NCBI GenBank assembly: GCA_040902925.1
Contig: JBBDWJ010000365.1
Span: 1 to 59,307 of the forward strand
From: Bryobacterales bacterium
GTDB taxonomy: Bacteria; Acidobacteriota; Terriglobia; Bryobacterales; UBA6623
DNA: 59,307 bases
Direction of reading: 5' to 3'
In this document: piece after piece, positions 19,051-29,333 of the stretch
Numbering within the stretch: position 1 is the stretch's first letter
How the letters are laid out: each line of letters starts with the position of its first letter
Translations under genes and position numbers: made by a program
Notes under the pieces: generated by a model
The model's database searches: none
The model's input: only the letters and a program-made list of their open reading frames with translations
What the model was told of the DNA's origin: nothing

Positions 19051-20925
19051 CTACAGACCAATCGAAATATCCACCAGATCGGAGACCGCGTTCGTGGTGA
19101 CAATCGCCACGGGAACCGCATCGCCCACAACCACGGTGCTCGGAATCGTTACGTTGATCTGGTAGAGGCCGACGCAACAAGGCGACGCGCCGGCATACAC
19201 CACCCTTCCCGCCTCGCGATCGAACTGCACTAGAACTTCGGGATCGGTCACGCGGCTGAACGGTTCCGCGGAAGGCCCCTGGGCGCCGTCAGCGATCGGC
19301 GGATTCACCTCTCCCAGCCCGGTCAGATAGATGACTACTGTTTCCCCTGGTAGGGCTGGATCTTCTGGAGTGACGTTTGAACCGTCTGCGTGAGTGATGG
19401 TGCCGAAACCGATACCATTCTCGGCTCTCGAAAAGATTCCTGGGCTGGAGTTGGCCACAGGCACCTCTACTTCATTAGAGACGTTGCCGTTGTTACTAAC
19501 AACAATGGTGGCTGTTTCGCCCGAGACCGCAAACGGCGCCTGTAAGTTGATCTGCGTAGGGGCTACGAAAAACAGCGGCGCGAGTACGCCGTTGATCGTC
19601 ACCGTCACACCGGCCAAATTCGTGGGCAGCGGAACGGTTTGAAAAGATTGCGGGGACGGCGCAAGCTGCTCTCCAAAAAGGGACAGTAGTGACCCGCCCG
19701 AGATGGGGTGGGTGGCAGGCGCAAACGACGCGCCGTTGACGATACCGAGCGGCGAGAGAAACACGCCACTGCCTGTGATATCCGGAACGCGGACGCCGAA
19801 GGCCAGCCCGTGCACTTCGCTGGCGAGGGCGACACCCGGTTCCTCGATCAGCGCCTGCACGAACGCGTTGGGGGCATTCGCGCCGGGAGCGCCGATGGCA
19901 AAATCGGTTATCGCTTCAACAACCTTTCCAGCCAGCGTACCCGTGCTGTCGGCGCGGATAACATAAGAGTTGAGCCCGCTGAAATCGATCGTGGACTGTT
20001 CCACGCGGTTCCGCTCGGCGAGCACCGCCTGGCCCGCTCCGTTGGCGTGCACCGCGCCGGTCGCTATCGCATAGCTATTCTTCTGCAGATCGGCAAAAAT
20101 CTCGGCGATCCAGTAGGTGCCATTCCAACTGGAATTGCTGGCCGAGTTGCTGAAACTCTTGATAGCGAGGAAAATTTCCCGGCCGCCCGGCTCCGTCGAA
20201 TAGCCGATGAAATAGTTTCCATCGGCGGAAACAAATACGTCGTGATTTCCCGAGAACAGGCTGGCGCTGGTGCCAAACGACGCCGTTCCCGAACCATCGG
20301 CGCTAAGCGCGTAGGTGGCGTTGGTCAGCGCCTGTGCCGATGTCGTCTCGCCGGCGTCGGCCGCGTGTCCGATGACTTGTGATCCAGGGAAGACTCCTCC
20401 GCCGTTGGGCGTCAGGCGCAGGAAAGCCGTCTTCGTGGCCGTGTCGCGCCCGTTGGGAAACCACAGGCTACCGCCGGAATACGCGCCGTTCAGCAGGGCG
20501 TTGCTGACACCGTCGGCTGGGGCCTTGATGGCTACAAACAGATCGAAAGTGCCGTCTGCCTCGGTCGACGAGCCGACCAGCGCCTCGGAGTTGATACCCA
20601 GCCGCGCGTTGAGCTGCTGTTGCTGCAGGATAGGATTCGTCAGCTCGACAAACCCGGCCGAATTCACTGAGTAGACGCCATTCCCCGCACCGGCCGTCGG
20701 TCCGCCGCTATCCACGCCCTGGCGTCCCTGAAAGCTGTAGCCGCCGGCGCCATCGAAGGTGATCGTTCCTCCCAAATTACTGCCGCTCGAGGCCTCGCCC
20801 GCCGGCGACACCGTCACAAGCAGATGGACGAAGTAATAGCGGCCGCTCAAGCTCGCATTATTGAGCTGCGCGCTCGCGAGGCCGGCTGCAACAACCAGCA
20901 GAAGCAGGGGGCGAATGAATCTCAT
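19051..20925 (-). CDS. Secreted protein with TIGR03437-like (Solibacter-type) C-terminal domain
   Basis: Start set at MRFIRPLLLLVVAAGLASAQ (signal peptide). The C-terminal ~230 aa read IVNGASFAP..GGSLLSLFGEQLAP..LPTNLAGVTVTINGVLAPLFFVAPTQINLQAPF..SSPGIFS..GETVVIYLTGLG..VVYAGASPCCVGLYQINVTIP. Confidence 0.8.
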   Translation of the reverse strand: MRFIRPLLLLVVAAGLASAQLNNASLSGRYYFVHLLVTVSPAGEASSGSNLGGTITFDGAGGYSFQGRQGVDSGGPTAGAGNGVYSVNSAGFVELTNPILQQQQLNARLGINSEALVGSSTEADGTFDLFVAIKAPADGVSNALLNGAYSGGSLWFPNGRDTATKTAFLRLTPNGGGVFPGSQVIGHAADAGETTSAQALTNATYALSADGSGTASFGTSASLFSGNHDVFVSADGNYFIGYSTEPGGREIFLAIKSFSNSASNSSWNGTYWIAEIFADLQKNSYAIATGAVHANGAGQAVLAERNRVEQSTIDFSGLNSYVIRADSTGTLAGKVVEAITDFAIGAPGANAPNAFVQALIEEPGVALASEVHGLAFGVRVPDITGSGVFLSPLGIVNGASFAPATHPISGGSLLSLFGEQLAPSPQSFQTVPLPTNLAGVTVTINGVLAPLFFVAPTQINLQAPFAVSGETATIVVSNNGNVSNEVEVPVANSSPGIFSRAENGIGFGTITHADGSNVTPEDPALPGETVVIYLTGLGEVNPPIADGAQGPSAEPFSRVTDPEVLVQFDREAGRVVYAGASPCCVGLYQINVTIPSTVVVGDAVPVAIVTTNAVSDLVDISIGL

Positions 20926-21303
20926 AGCATTGGTTTCCGTGACGAATCGTAAGAGGTTGATCGCCAATCGAGCGCGTGCCCTGAAACTCGGAGCTGCAAG
21001 CACCCGTTCAGGTACACACCGGCTCGGTTGGTAAGCGAATAACCCTGGCGGACGGACGAAGTTGCGGGCGAGGACACGAATGAAATCGGGCTTAATACGT
21101 CACCCTAGACTATAGCAGCCCAGAGCCCTCCTCGGCTTCGTGGCTCCTGGCGGCGGGCTTTTGAACCGGGCGATTCGGCGCAACTTTACGCCTGCCGCGG
21201 TGTTTTGACCTGGTAGCGCCCATCGAGCAACCCCGGTCCGTATCGGGGAACTGATCCGGATTCGATCCGCGTCAACGACGAAACCAGTCACTGGGAAAGC
21301 GTA

Positions 21304-23382
21304 ATGAGAATTCTTTTGAGGTTAGGGGTCATTCTGGGGGCAGCGGGCCTGGCATGGCTGGCGATAACACCCTCCAGCGTGCTGAGCCAAGCGCAGGCGG
21401 CCGAGCCCGACGAAGAGACGCACGATATCGGCGTGCCGCACGCCGGCTGTAGTTTTTTTGGAGCAAAGCGGGAGGACTTCCTGCGGGTCGGCCTAGGAGC
21501 CAGCCTGATGGCGATGACCGCGCGCGCGGAGCTCACCACCCTGGTCGCCGCCGCGATTCCTTCCAGCGCGCTCGTTCCCCGCAGCCGCGGCAGGGCCTTC
21601 GATAAGTTTCCGGGCCAAGGCGACTCCATCGATGATTTCATCTTCGGCGAGCTGAAGCTTCGCGGGATTCCGCCCGCCCTGCCCGCAACCGATAGCGAAT
21701 TCCTGCGGCGCGTCACGCTCGATCTGACCGGGCGCATTCCCACGCAGCAGGAAGTCATCGCCTTTCTCTCCGACGCCGACACGGAAAAGCGCGGCCGCAA
21801 GGTCTCCGAACTGCTGGCGGCATCGCAGTGGGCCGACCGCTGGGCCATGTTTTTTGGCGATCTCTATCACAACACCATCGTCACCGCGCAGGTCAATCGC
21901 TATGTCGATGGCCGTGACGCGTTTCATCTCTTCCTTCTCGAATCGCTGCGGCAGAACAAACCGTACGACCAGTTGGTGCGCGAGATGCTGGCGTCGACAG
22001 GCGCGGCCGATGGCCGCAATTATCCGGACGAGTACGCGACCTACGAGCAGTTTCAACAGATCACTAGCGACTACCAGGGCAACCCCGTAAAGCCGACCGG
22101 CGCGAGCTATATCGTCGGCGGGCTGACCACCGGCGGCCCAGTTCAAGACACTTACGACGCCCTGGCCGCCGCGACCGCGCGCGACCTGCTTGGCATCAGC
22201 CACATGGATTGCATTCTTTGCCATGACGGCCGCAACCACCTCGACGCACTGAGCGTGTGGGGCGCCGGCGCCAAACGCGCGCAGGGTTGGGGCCTGGCTG
22301 CGTTTTTTTCGCAAACGCGCCTGACGCGGCCGCGCCGCCTGCCGCCGCCCCCCGAAGGGCAACAGCCTCTGCGTCCGCAGTATTGGATTGTCGCCGGCGA
22401 CGAGCGTGGCGACTATCGCTTGAACACGACGACGGGCAACCGTCCCGCGCGGCAGCCCGCCAGCGACGCCGCGGCGGTTGTAGCGCCTCCCGCTTATCCA
22501 TTCGGAGGCGGCGGCAATGCGGGCGGAGAGTCTCATGGAGAAGCGCTCGGGCGCTTGCTCACCGCGGACAAGCAGTTCGCTCGGGCGGCGGTGAATTATG
22601 TATGGCGTGAGTTTTTCGGCCGCGGCATCGTCGAGCCGCCCGATCAGTTCGACCCGGCGCGACTTGACCCGGCGGCCCCGCCGCCCGATCCCTGGACGAT
22701 CCAACCCTCGCATCCGGCGCTGCTCGAATTCCTGGCGGGCGAGTTCATCGAACAGGGTTTCGATCTGCAATGGCTGATGAGTGAAATTGCGAACTCCAGC
22801 GCCTACCAGCTTTCCTCGAAGTACGAGGGCGTCTGGAACCCGACCTACGAAACTTATTTCGCGCGTCACCAGGTTCGCCGCTTGAGGGCTGAGGAACTGC
22901 ACGACGCGCTGCTGATTTCGGGAGGCCTGCCGGCGCAATACACGGTGTCGCCGGCCATCGGCGCCGTCACCTTCGCGATGCAATTTCCGGACGTGCAATT
23001 GGTCCCGCGGGTGCCGCGGCGGGAACAGACGGGTTTGCTCGGCGCGACGCCGTCGTTTCTCGATTCGTTTTTCCGGGGCGACCGCGACGAGACGGCGCGC
23101 AGCGGCGAAGGCAGCATCTTGCAGGCGCTCCAGTTGATGAACAGCCCTCTGGTGCTGGCGCGCGTGGATGCGCGACGCCAGGGCACGGCTCTTGCCGCGA
23201 TTGTGGAGCAGGCCGACGATGTGGCCGTTCAGCTTCTCTATCTGCGCGTGCTCAGCCGGCCGCCGACCGCCGAGGAGCTGTCGTCGGGAGTTCAGACTCT
23301 GCGCAGCGGCGAGCGTACGGCGAAGGCCGAAGATCTGATGTGGAGCCTCTACAACAAAGTGGACTTCATATTCAATTACTAG
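21304..23382 (+). CDS. DUF1549/DUF1553 domain protein (PSD1-type), exported
   Basis: Signal peptide. DUF1549-like block DDFIFGELKLRGIPPALPATDSEFLRRVTLDLTGRIPTQQEVIAFL..RWAMFFGDLY. DUF1553-like C-terminus (LQALQLMNSPLV, LYLRVLSRPPTAEEL, DLMWSLYNKVDFIFNY). Confidence 0.85.
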   Translation: MRILLRLGVILGAAGLAWLAITPSSVLSQAQAAEPDEETHDIGVPHAGCSFFGAKREDFLRVGLGASLMAMTARAELTTLVAAAIPSSALVPRSRGRAFDKFPGQGDSIDDFIFGELKLRGIPPALPATDSEFLRRVTLDLTGRIPTQQEVIAFLSDADTEKRGRKVSELLAASQWADRWAMFFGDLYHNTIVTAQVNRYVDGRDAFHLFLLESLRQNKPYDQLVREMLASTGAADGRNYPDEYATYEQFQQITSDYQGNPVKPTGASYIVGGLTTGGPVQDTYDALAAATARDLLGISHMDCILCHDGRNHLDALSVWGAGAKRAQGWGLAAFFSQTRLTRPRRLPPPPEGQQPLRPQYWIVAGDERGDYRLNTTTGNRPARQPASDAAAVVAPPAYPFGGGGNAGGESHGEALGRLLTADKQFARAAVNYVWREFFGRGIVEPPDQFDPARLDPAAPPPDPWTIQPSHPALLEFLAGEFIEQGFDLQWLMSEIANSSAYQLSSKYEGVWNPTYETYFARHQVRRLRAEELHDALLISGGLPAQYTVSPAIGAVTFAMQFPDVQLVPRVPRREQTGLLGATPSFLDSFFRGDRDETARSGEGSILQALQLMNSPLVLARVDARRQGTALAAIVEQADDVAVQLLYLRVLSRPPTAEELSSGVQTLRSGERTAKAEDLMWSLYNKVDFIFNY

Positions 23383-23400
23383 GTTTTACGCGAGGCAATC

Positions 23401-24822
23401 ATGAACGAGCGAGATCGATTCGAAAGTGTTCTGCGCAAGCGCCCTCATCCCCATGTTCCCTTCTTCCAGCGCCCGCAGTGGACGCGCCGCCGTTTCTTCC
23501 GCTCGCTGGCGGCCGGTGTCGGTGGGTACTACCTGGCCGGGCCGTGGAGCCCCGGCCTGTCAAAAGCCGCCGCGGCGGTCGAGACGAAGAACACGGCCAA
23601 GCAGGTGATCTTTCTTTTCCTCGAGGGCGCGCCGAGCGGCGTCGATACGTTCGATCTCAAAGAGACCCCGGGTGTGACGCCGGCTGACTTTGCCCCGGAA
23701 ACCATCAACGGTGTGCGGATTCCCACGGGAATTCTCGGCGGCACGGCGCAGATCTTCGACAAGGTTGCAGTCATCCGTTCGGGTTCGGCCTGGGCGCTGG
23801 CTCATCCGTTGGCGCAAACCTGGTTCCAGATCGGCCGCAACCCGACTTCGCCGCTCGGCAAGTACGCGCCGCACATCGGCAGCGTCGTGGCCATCGAAAA
23901 AGAACCCGAGAGGCGGCCGGACCAGATCTTCCCCGCGTTCATCGCGCTCAATGCCGCAAATGCTCCCGGCTCGGGATATTTGCCGGTCCAGTTCAGCCCG
24001 TTCAAGACGCAGCCCGAAGCAGGAGGGCTGGCCACAACCGAACATGCCGCCGGGGAATCTCGCTTTCGCGAGCGCTGGGATCTGCTGGCGTCGATGGACA
24101 GTGTTCTCCGCGGTCCGCAGTCGCCGCTGGGCAAGGCCGCCACCGGCATGGGTGAGCTCTACGCCAACGCGGAAAGCCTGATGTTCAACCCGCTGGTTGC
24201 CGGCGCATTCGGATTCAGTGAACAAGAGAGCGCCCGCTACGGCGGCAGCGGCTTCGGCAACGCCTGCCTGATCGCGCGCAAAATCGTCGAAGCCGATCAG
24301 GGAACGCGATTCATTCAGGTAACCCTCGGCGGCTGGGACCATCATCAAGGAATTTACGACCGCCAGGAGGTCAACGGACGCGAGGTGGGAAGCAATATCT
24401 ACGCGCAGTGCGGGCAGTTTGATCCGGCGTTCGCGGCCCTGGTCAGCGACCTCGAAGCTTCGGGGCATCTCGACGAAACGCTGATCGTAGTCTCGGGCGA
24501 GTTCGGCCGCACGGTCGGGCCGCTGACCAACGCCAACAATGGCCGCGACCACTATCTGCAGATGTTCTACGTATTCGCGGGCGGCGGCGTAAAGGGCGGC
24601 ACGGTCATCGGCGAGACGGACCCGACGGGCGCGTTCACCATCGATGCGGGCTGGTCACGGTACAGAGACGTGCGTCCGGAAGACGTCGAGGCCACCATTT
24701 ATTCGGCGCTGGGCATCAACTGGACGAAGGTGCGCGACGACGATCCGTTGGGCCGCGGCTTCGAGTACGTACCCAACTCCGATGAAGACGCCTACGGGCC
24801 GGTCGACGAGTTGTGGACATAG
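23401..24822 (+). CDS. DUF1501 domain protein (sulfatase-fold, Tat signal)
   Basis: Twin-arginine N-terminus (WTRRRFFRSLAAGVGG). DUF1501-like motifs (FLFLEGAPSGVDTFDLK, GGWDHH, SGEFGRT..NNGRDH). It lies 18 nt downstream of the DUF1549/1553 gene, the usual pairing. Confidence 0.85.
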   Translation: MNERDRFESVLRKRPHPHVPFFQRPQWTRRRFFRSLAAGVGGYYLAGPWSPGLSKAAAAVETKNTAKQVIFLFLEGAPSGVDTFDLKETPGVTPADFAPETINGVRIPTGILGGTAQIFDKVAVIRSGSAWALAHPLAQTWFQIGRNPTSPLGKYAPHIGSVVAIEKEPERRPDQIFPAFIALNAANAPGSGYLPVQFSPFKTQPEAGGLATTEHAAGESRFRERWDLLASMDSVLRGPQSPLGKAATGMGELYANAESLMFNPLVAGAFGFSEQESARYGGSGFGNACLIARKIVEADQGTRFIQVTLGGWDHHQGIYDRQEVNGREVGSNIYAQCGQFDPAFAALVSDLEASGHLDETLIVVSGEFGRTVGPLTNANNGRDHYLQMFYVFAGGGVKGGTVIGETDPTGAFTIDAGWSRYRDVRPEDVEATIYSALGINWTKVRDDDPLGRGFEYVPNSDEDAYGPVDELWT

Positions 24823-24921
24823 TGAGACAGGCAACCGTGCCTGTCCGGTCGCAACTCACTCAACCAGCCAAGTGGGACAGGCAATCTTGCCTGTCCGGTT
24901 GCAATTCACTCAACCAGCCAA
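24822..24921. repeat. Two tandem 50-bp copies, each carrying a GACAGGCA..TGCCTGTC hairpin (REP-like)
   Basis: Copy 1 is 24822-24871 and copy 2 is 24872-24921 (gtg[a/g]gacaggcaa[ccg/tct]tgcctgtccggt[c/t]gcaa[c/t]tcactcaaccagccaa). The hairpins are at 24826-24845 and 24875-24896. The array starts at the stop codon of the DUF1501 gene. Confidence 0.85.
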
Positions 24922-25039
24922 GGCTGCGCTCGGCAATCCATTTGATCGCGCGCTGACCCCACACTTGCGGGGAACGTGCTTGCGGGAACTTGCTCCTCTC
25001 CGCAGCCGGGCGAGACAATCGTATGGACCGCAAACCGCC

Positions 25040-25472
25040 ATGTGGCTGCTCATCGACGCCGACGACACGCTGTGGGAAAACAGCATCTACTTCGACCGCG
25101 CCTTCGACCAGTTCGTCGAGCTGCTGGATCACTCGCATCTGAGCGCCGCGGAGATCCGCGAAGTCCTCGACGAGATTGAGCTCGGTCGAGAAGTCAGGCC
25201 TCAACGGCTTCTTTCAGGCGTGCCGCATCGTCAAAGAGAAAAACGCTGACGCCTACCGCAACGTCGTCGTGGAGATGAAGATGGATCCGGCGGCGACCTG
25301 GATGGTGGGCAACAGCCCCAAATCCGACATCAATCCGGCGCTGGCGGCGGGCCTCGCGGCGGTGCTCGTGCCGAATGAAAATACCTGGTCGCTCGAACGC
25401 GAGGCGTTGCCGCCGCCTTCGGAGCGCTTCCGTGTGGTGGATCGCTTCACCGACCTCTGCCGGCTGTTCTAA
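25040..25472 (+). pseudogene. HAD-superfamily hydrolase disrupted by an out-of-frame internal deletion
   Basis: Frame A (from ATG 25040) gives motif I MWLLIDADDTLWEN..LDEIE. Frame B (to the stop at 25472) gives VEKSGLNGFFQACRIVKEKN..TWMVGNSPKSDINPALAAGLAAVLVP (motif III/IV region). The two halves join near 25176-25186 in different frames. The cap and motif II region appears to be missing. Confidence 0.55.
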
Positions 25473-25543
25473 GCCTCGCGGGGCGAACGCCACACGCCAC
25501 ACGCCGCGTGGCGAATACGCGAATCGTTTATACCCCACGCGAC

Positions 25544-26308
25544 CTATGGCTTGACCGCCAGGACAATCTCGACCGGCACCCACATCATTCCCACTTCCGA
25601 ATCCAGCACCTCGAAGCCGGCGGCCTCCATCGAGCGCCTGGCGAAAATCGGCCGGCAATCCAGCAGGTTGGGAAAATGGCGGTGAGTCCATTCGTAGGCG
25701 TCCACCAAAAGCTCGTGGTGACCTTCCTTGGTAACAGACGCGACTCCCAGCCGTCCTCCCCGCCGCAACACGCGCTTACATTCGCTCAGCACTGCGGGAA
25801 TGTCGGGATTGTCGAACAGCTCGAGCGTGAAGCTCAGAAACACCGCGTCGGCCGAGCCATCTTCGAGCGGTAGTTGCTCGGCGTCGGCGCAACACAGGCA
25901 GACCCGCGCGCCCAGGCCTTGAGTTTCGAGCAGATGCCGGGTCTGGCCGAGCATGCCGTCGGAAATGTCCACGGCGTAGACGCGGCCGTGATCTCCCGCC
26001 GCCTGCGCGAGACTTGCCGCCACGTTGCCGGTTCCGCAGCCGATTTCAACCAGCGTTTCCCCGGGTTTCGGCGCCAGCTTGCGAAGACATTTCTGGCGCA
26101 CCGGGCCTTCGCTGTGCTCGGCCATCAGATCATAGACCTTGCTGATCTTGTTGTAGAACGCCCGCGTTTCGGCGCGTGTGGTGAGAACTCTGGCGATGCT
26201 TTCCGCCGGCTCCGCGGGAGACGATTTGGGATCGCCGGCGGAGTTTGGGTCGGCGCCTTGCTCGGTTGCGCTCATCCTTCGATTGTAGAAAGATTCGCTG
26301 GCGCCCAT
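25544..26308 (-). CDS. Class I SAM-dependent methyltransferase
   Basis: SAM-binding motif LVEIGCGTGNVAASLA, then VYAVDISDGML and ADAVFLSFTLELF. The exact start is uncertain (alternative internal Met). Confidence 0.8.
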   Translation of the reverse strand: MGASESFYNRRMSATEQGADPNSAGDPKSSPAEPAESIARVLTTRAETRAFYNKISKVYDLMAEHSEGPVRQKCLRKLAPKPGETLVEIGCGTGNVAASLAQAAGDHGRVYAVDISDGMLGQTRHLLETQGLGARVCLCCADAEQLPLEDGSADAVFLSFTLELFDNPDIPAVLSECKRVLRRGGRLGVASVTKEGHHELLVDAYEWTHRHFPNLLDCRPIFARRSMEAAGFEVLDSEVGMMWVPVEIVLAVKP

Positions 26309-26430
26309 TGCGTCGCTGCATGGACCACTCGCCTGGGCTGGCAGTGGTTCAGCAGCGCGTGGTAAAAGGTGGAGTTAGCCGGGCGTCTGCTGCGCTGGCC
26401 GACTCATTGCACGCTGGCGAATTGGGCTTC

Positions 26431-26466
26431 GCCCGCTGACTAGCCCGCTGACTAGCCCGCTGACTA
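26431..26466. repeat. 12-bp tandem repeat x3 (gcccgctgacta)
   Basis: Three perfect consecutive copies at 26431-26442, 26443-26454 and 26455-26466. They lie in the divergent intergenic region between two methyltransferase genes. Confidence 0.85.
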
Positions 26467-26483
26467 GGGAGACACTTGGCAGG

Positions 26484-27308
26484 ATGAAGAAGGCCGGCCG
26501 AAGTTCGATTCTCACGCGCATGGGGAAAACCGAGCGCTACACCGTCTACGATCCGTTTGCCGCCGTCTACGACCGCCATTGGGGGTCGATGTTCTTCGAA
26601 GATGCGCGCCAGGGGATCCACGATATTTTCCTGCCGTTGCTGCCTCCGAAAGCGCGGCTTCTCGACCTGTGTTGTGGCACGGGACAGATGGCGCACTGGT
26701 TGACAGGTTGCGGGTTTCGCGTAACCGGTCTCGACGGTTCGAGCGAGATGATTCGCCATGCCCGCCGCAATGCGCCGCAAGCCGGGTTCATCGTCGAGGA
26801 CGCCCGGGCGTTCGATCTGCCCGGACAGTTCGATGCCGTGATTTCCCTATTCGACAGCTTGAATCACGTGCCCGACCAGGATGGCCTTCTTCAGGTCTTT
26901 TCGAACGTCCACGAAGCGCTGAGCGCCGACGGGCTGTTCTTTTTCGACATGAACATGGACGAAGGCTTTCGCTGTTCCTGGAACGAAATGTACAGCCATG
27001 TCGAGACGGATCAGGTATTCGTCACACGCGCCCGTTACGACCCCAAGGCCGGCGTCGGCAAGACGCTGGTAACACTGTTTCGGCCCAACGGCCAAGACTG
27101 GCGGCGTGAGGACCTGGAAATCGCCGAGTACTGCTACGCCGAGGAAGTTGTGAAAGCACTGTTGGCGAAAGCGGGGTTTAGCGATGTGACGGTCTACGAT
27201 GGCGCAGCGGACCTTGGCATGCCCCGCGGCGACGGGCGATTGTTTTTCCTGGCGGCGAAGGGTGAAATGAAGAAGGTCCCACCGCATACCGCGGCAGGAC
27301 CCTCTTGA
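26484..27308 (+). CDS. Class I SAM-dependent methyltransferase
   Basis: SAM-binding motif LLDLCCGTGQMAHWL, then VTGLDGSSEMI and FDAVISLFDSLNHV. An alternative start is at MGKTERY (26520). Confidence 0.8.
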   Translation: MKKAGRSSILTRMGKTERYTVYDPFAAVYDRHWGSMFFEDARQGIHDIFLPLLPPKARLLDLCCGTGQMAHWLTGCGFRVTGLDGSSEMIRHARRNAPQAGFIVEDARAFDLPGQFDAVISLFDSLNHVPDQDGLLQVFSNVHEALSADGLFFFDMNMDEGFRCSWNEMYSHVETDQVFVTRARYDPKAGVGKTLVTLFRPNGQDWRREDLEIAEYCYAEEVVKALLAKAGFSDVTVYDGAADLGMPRGDGRLFFLAAKGEMKKVPPHTAAGPS

Positions 27309-27330
27309 TAGTCGTCGCTGTGCTTTGAAA

Positions 27331-27350
27331 CACAGGCAGGATTACCTGTG
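27331..27350. terminator. Stem-loop between convergent genes (same ACAGG..CCTGT flavour as the REP-like hairpins)
   Basis: cacagg-caggatta-cctgtg, between the stop at 27308 (+) and the ftsH stop at 27355 (-). Confidence 0.45.
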
Positions 27351-27354
27351 CCAG

Positions 27355-29265
<1,911 letters not shown>

Positions 29266-29333
29266 AGGGGTGCTAACCTCCGGCCCGCCGCGCTCAGTTG
29301 CCTAAGGGGGCCTCTAATCTATAGACGCCGTAT

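Noticed and set aside
24822-24921. Possible CRISPR array (also considered for 26431-26466, 33452-33493, 55268-55308)
   Set aside because: There are only 2-3 directly abutting copies with no unique spacers between them. Unit lengths are 12-50 bp and no cas genes are present. These are simple tandem repeats.
24644-25039. Upstream part of the 201-aa ORF preceding the HAD motif I
   Set aside because: It overlaps the 3' end of the DUF1501 gene and reads through the duplicated REP-like units. Only the part from ATG 25040 looks like protein.
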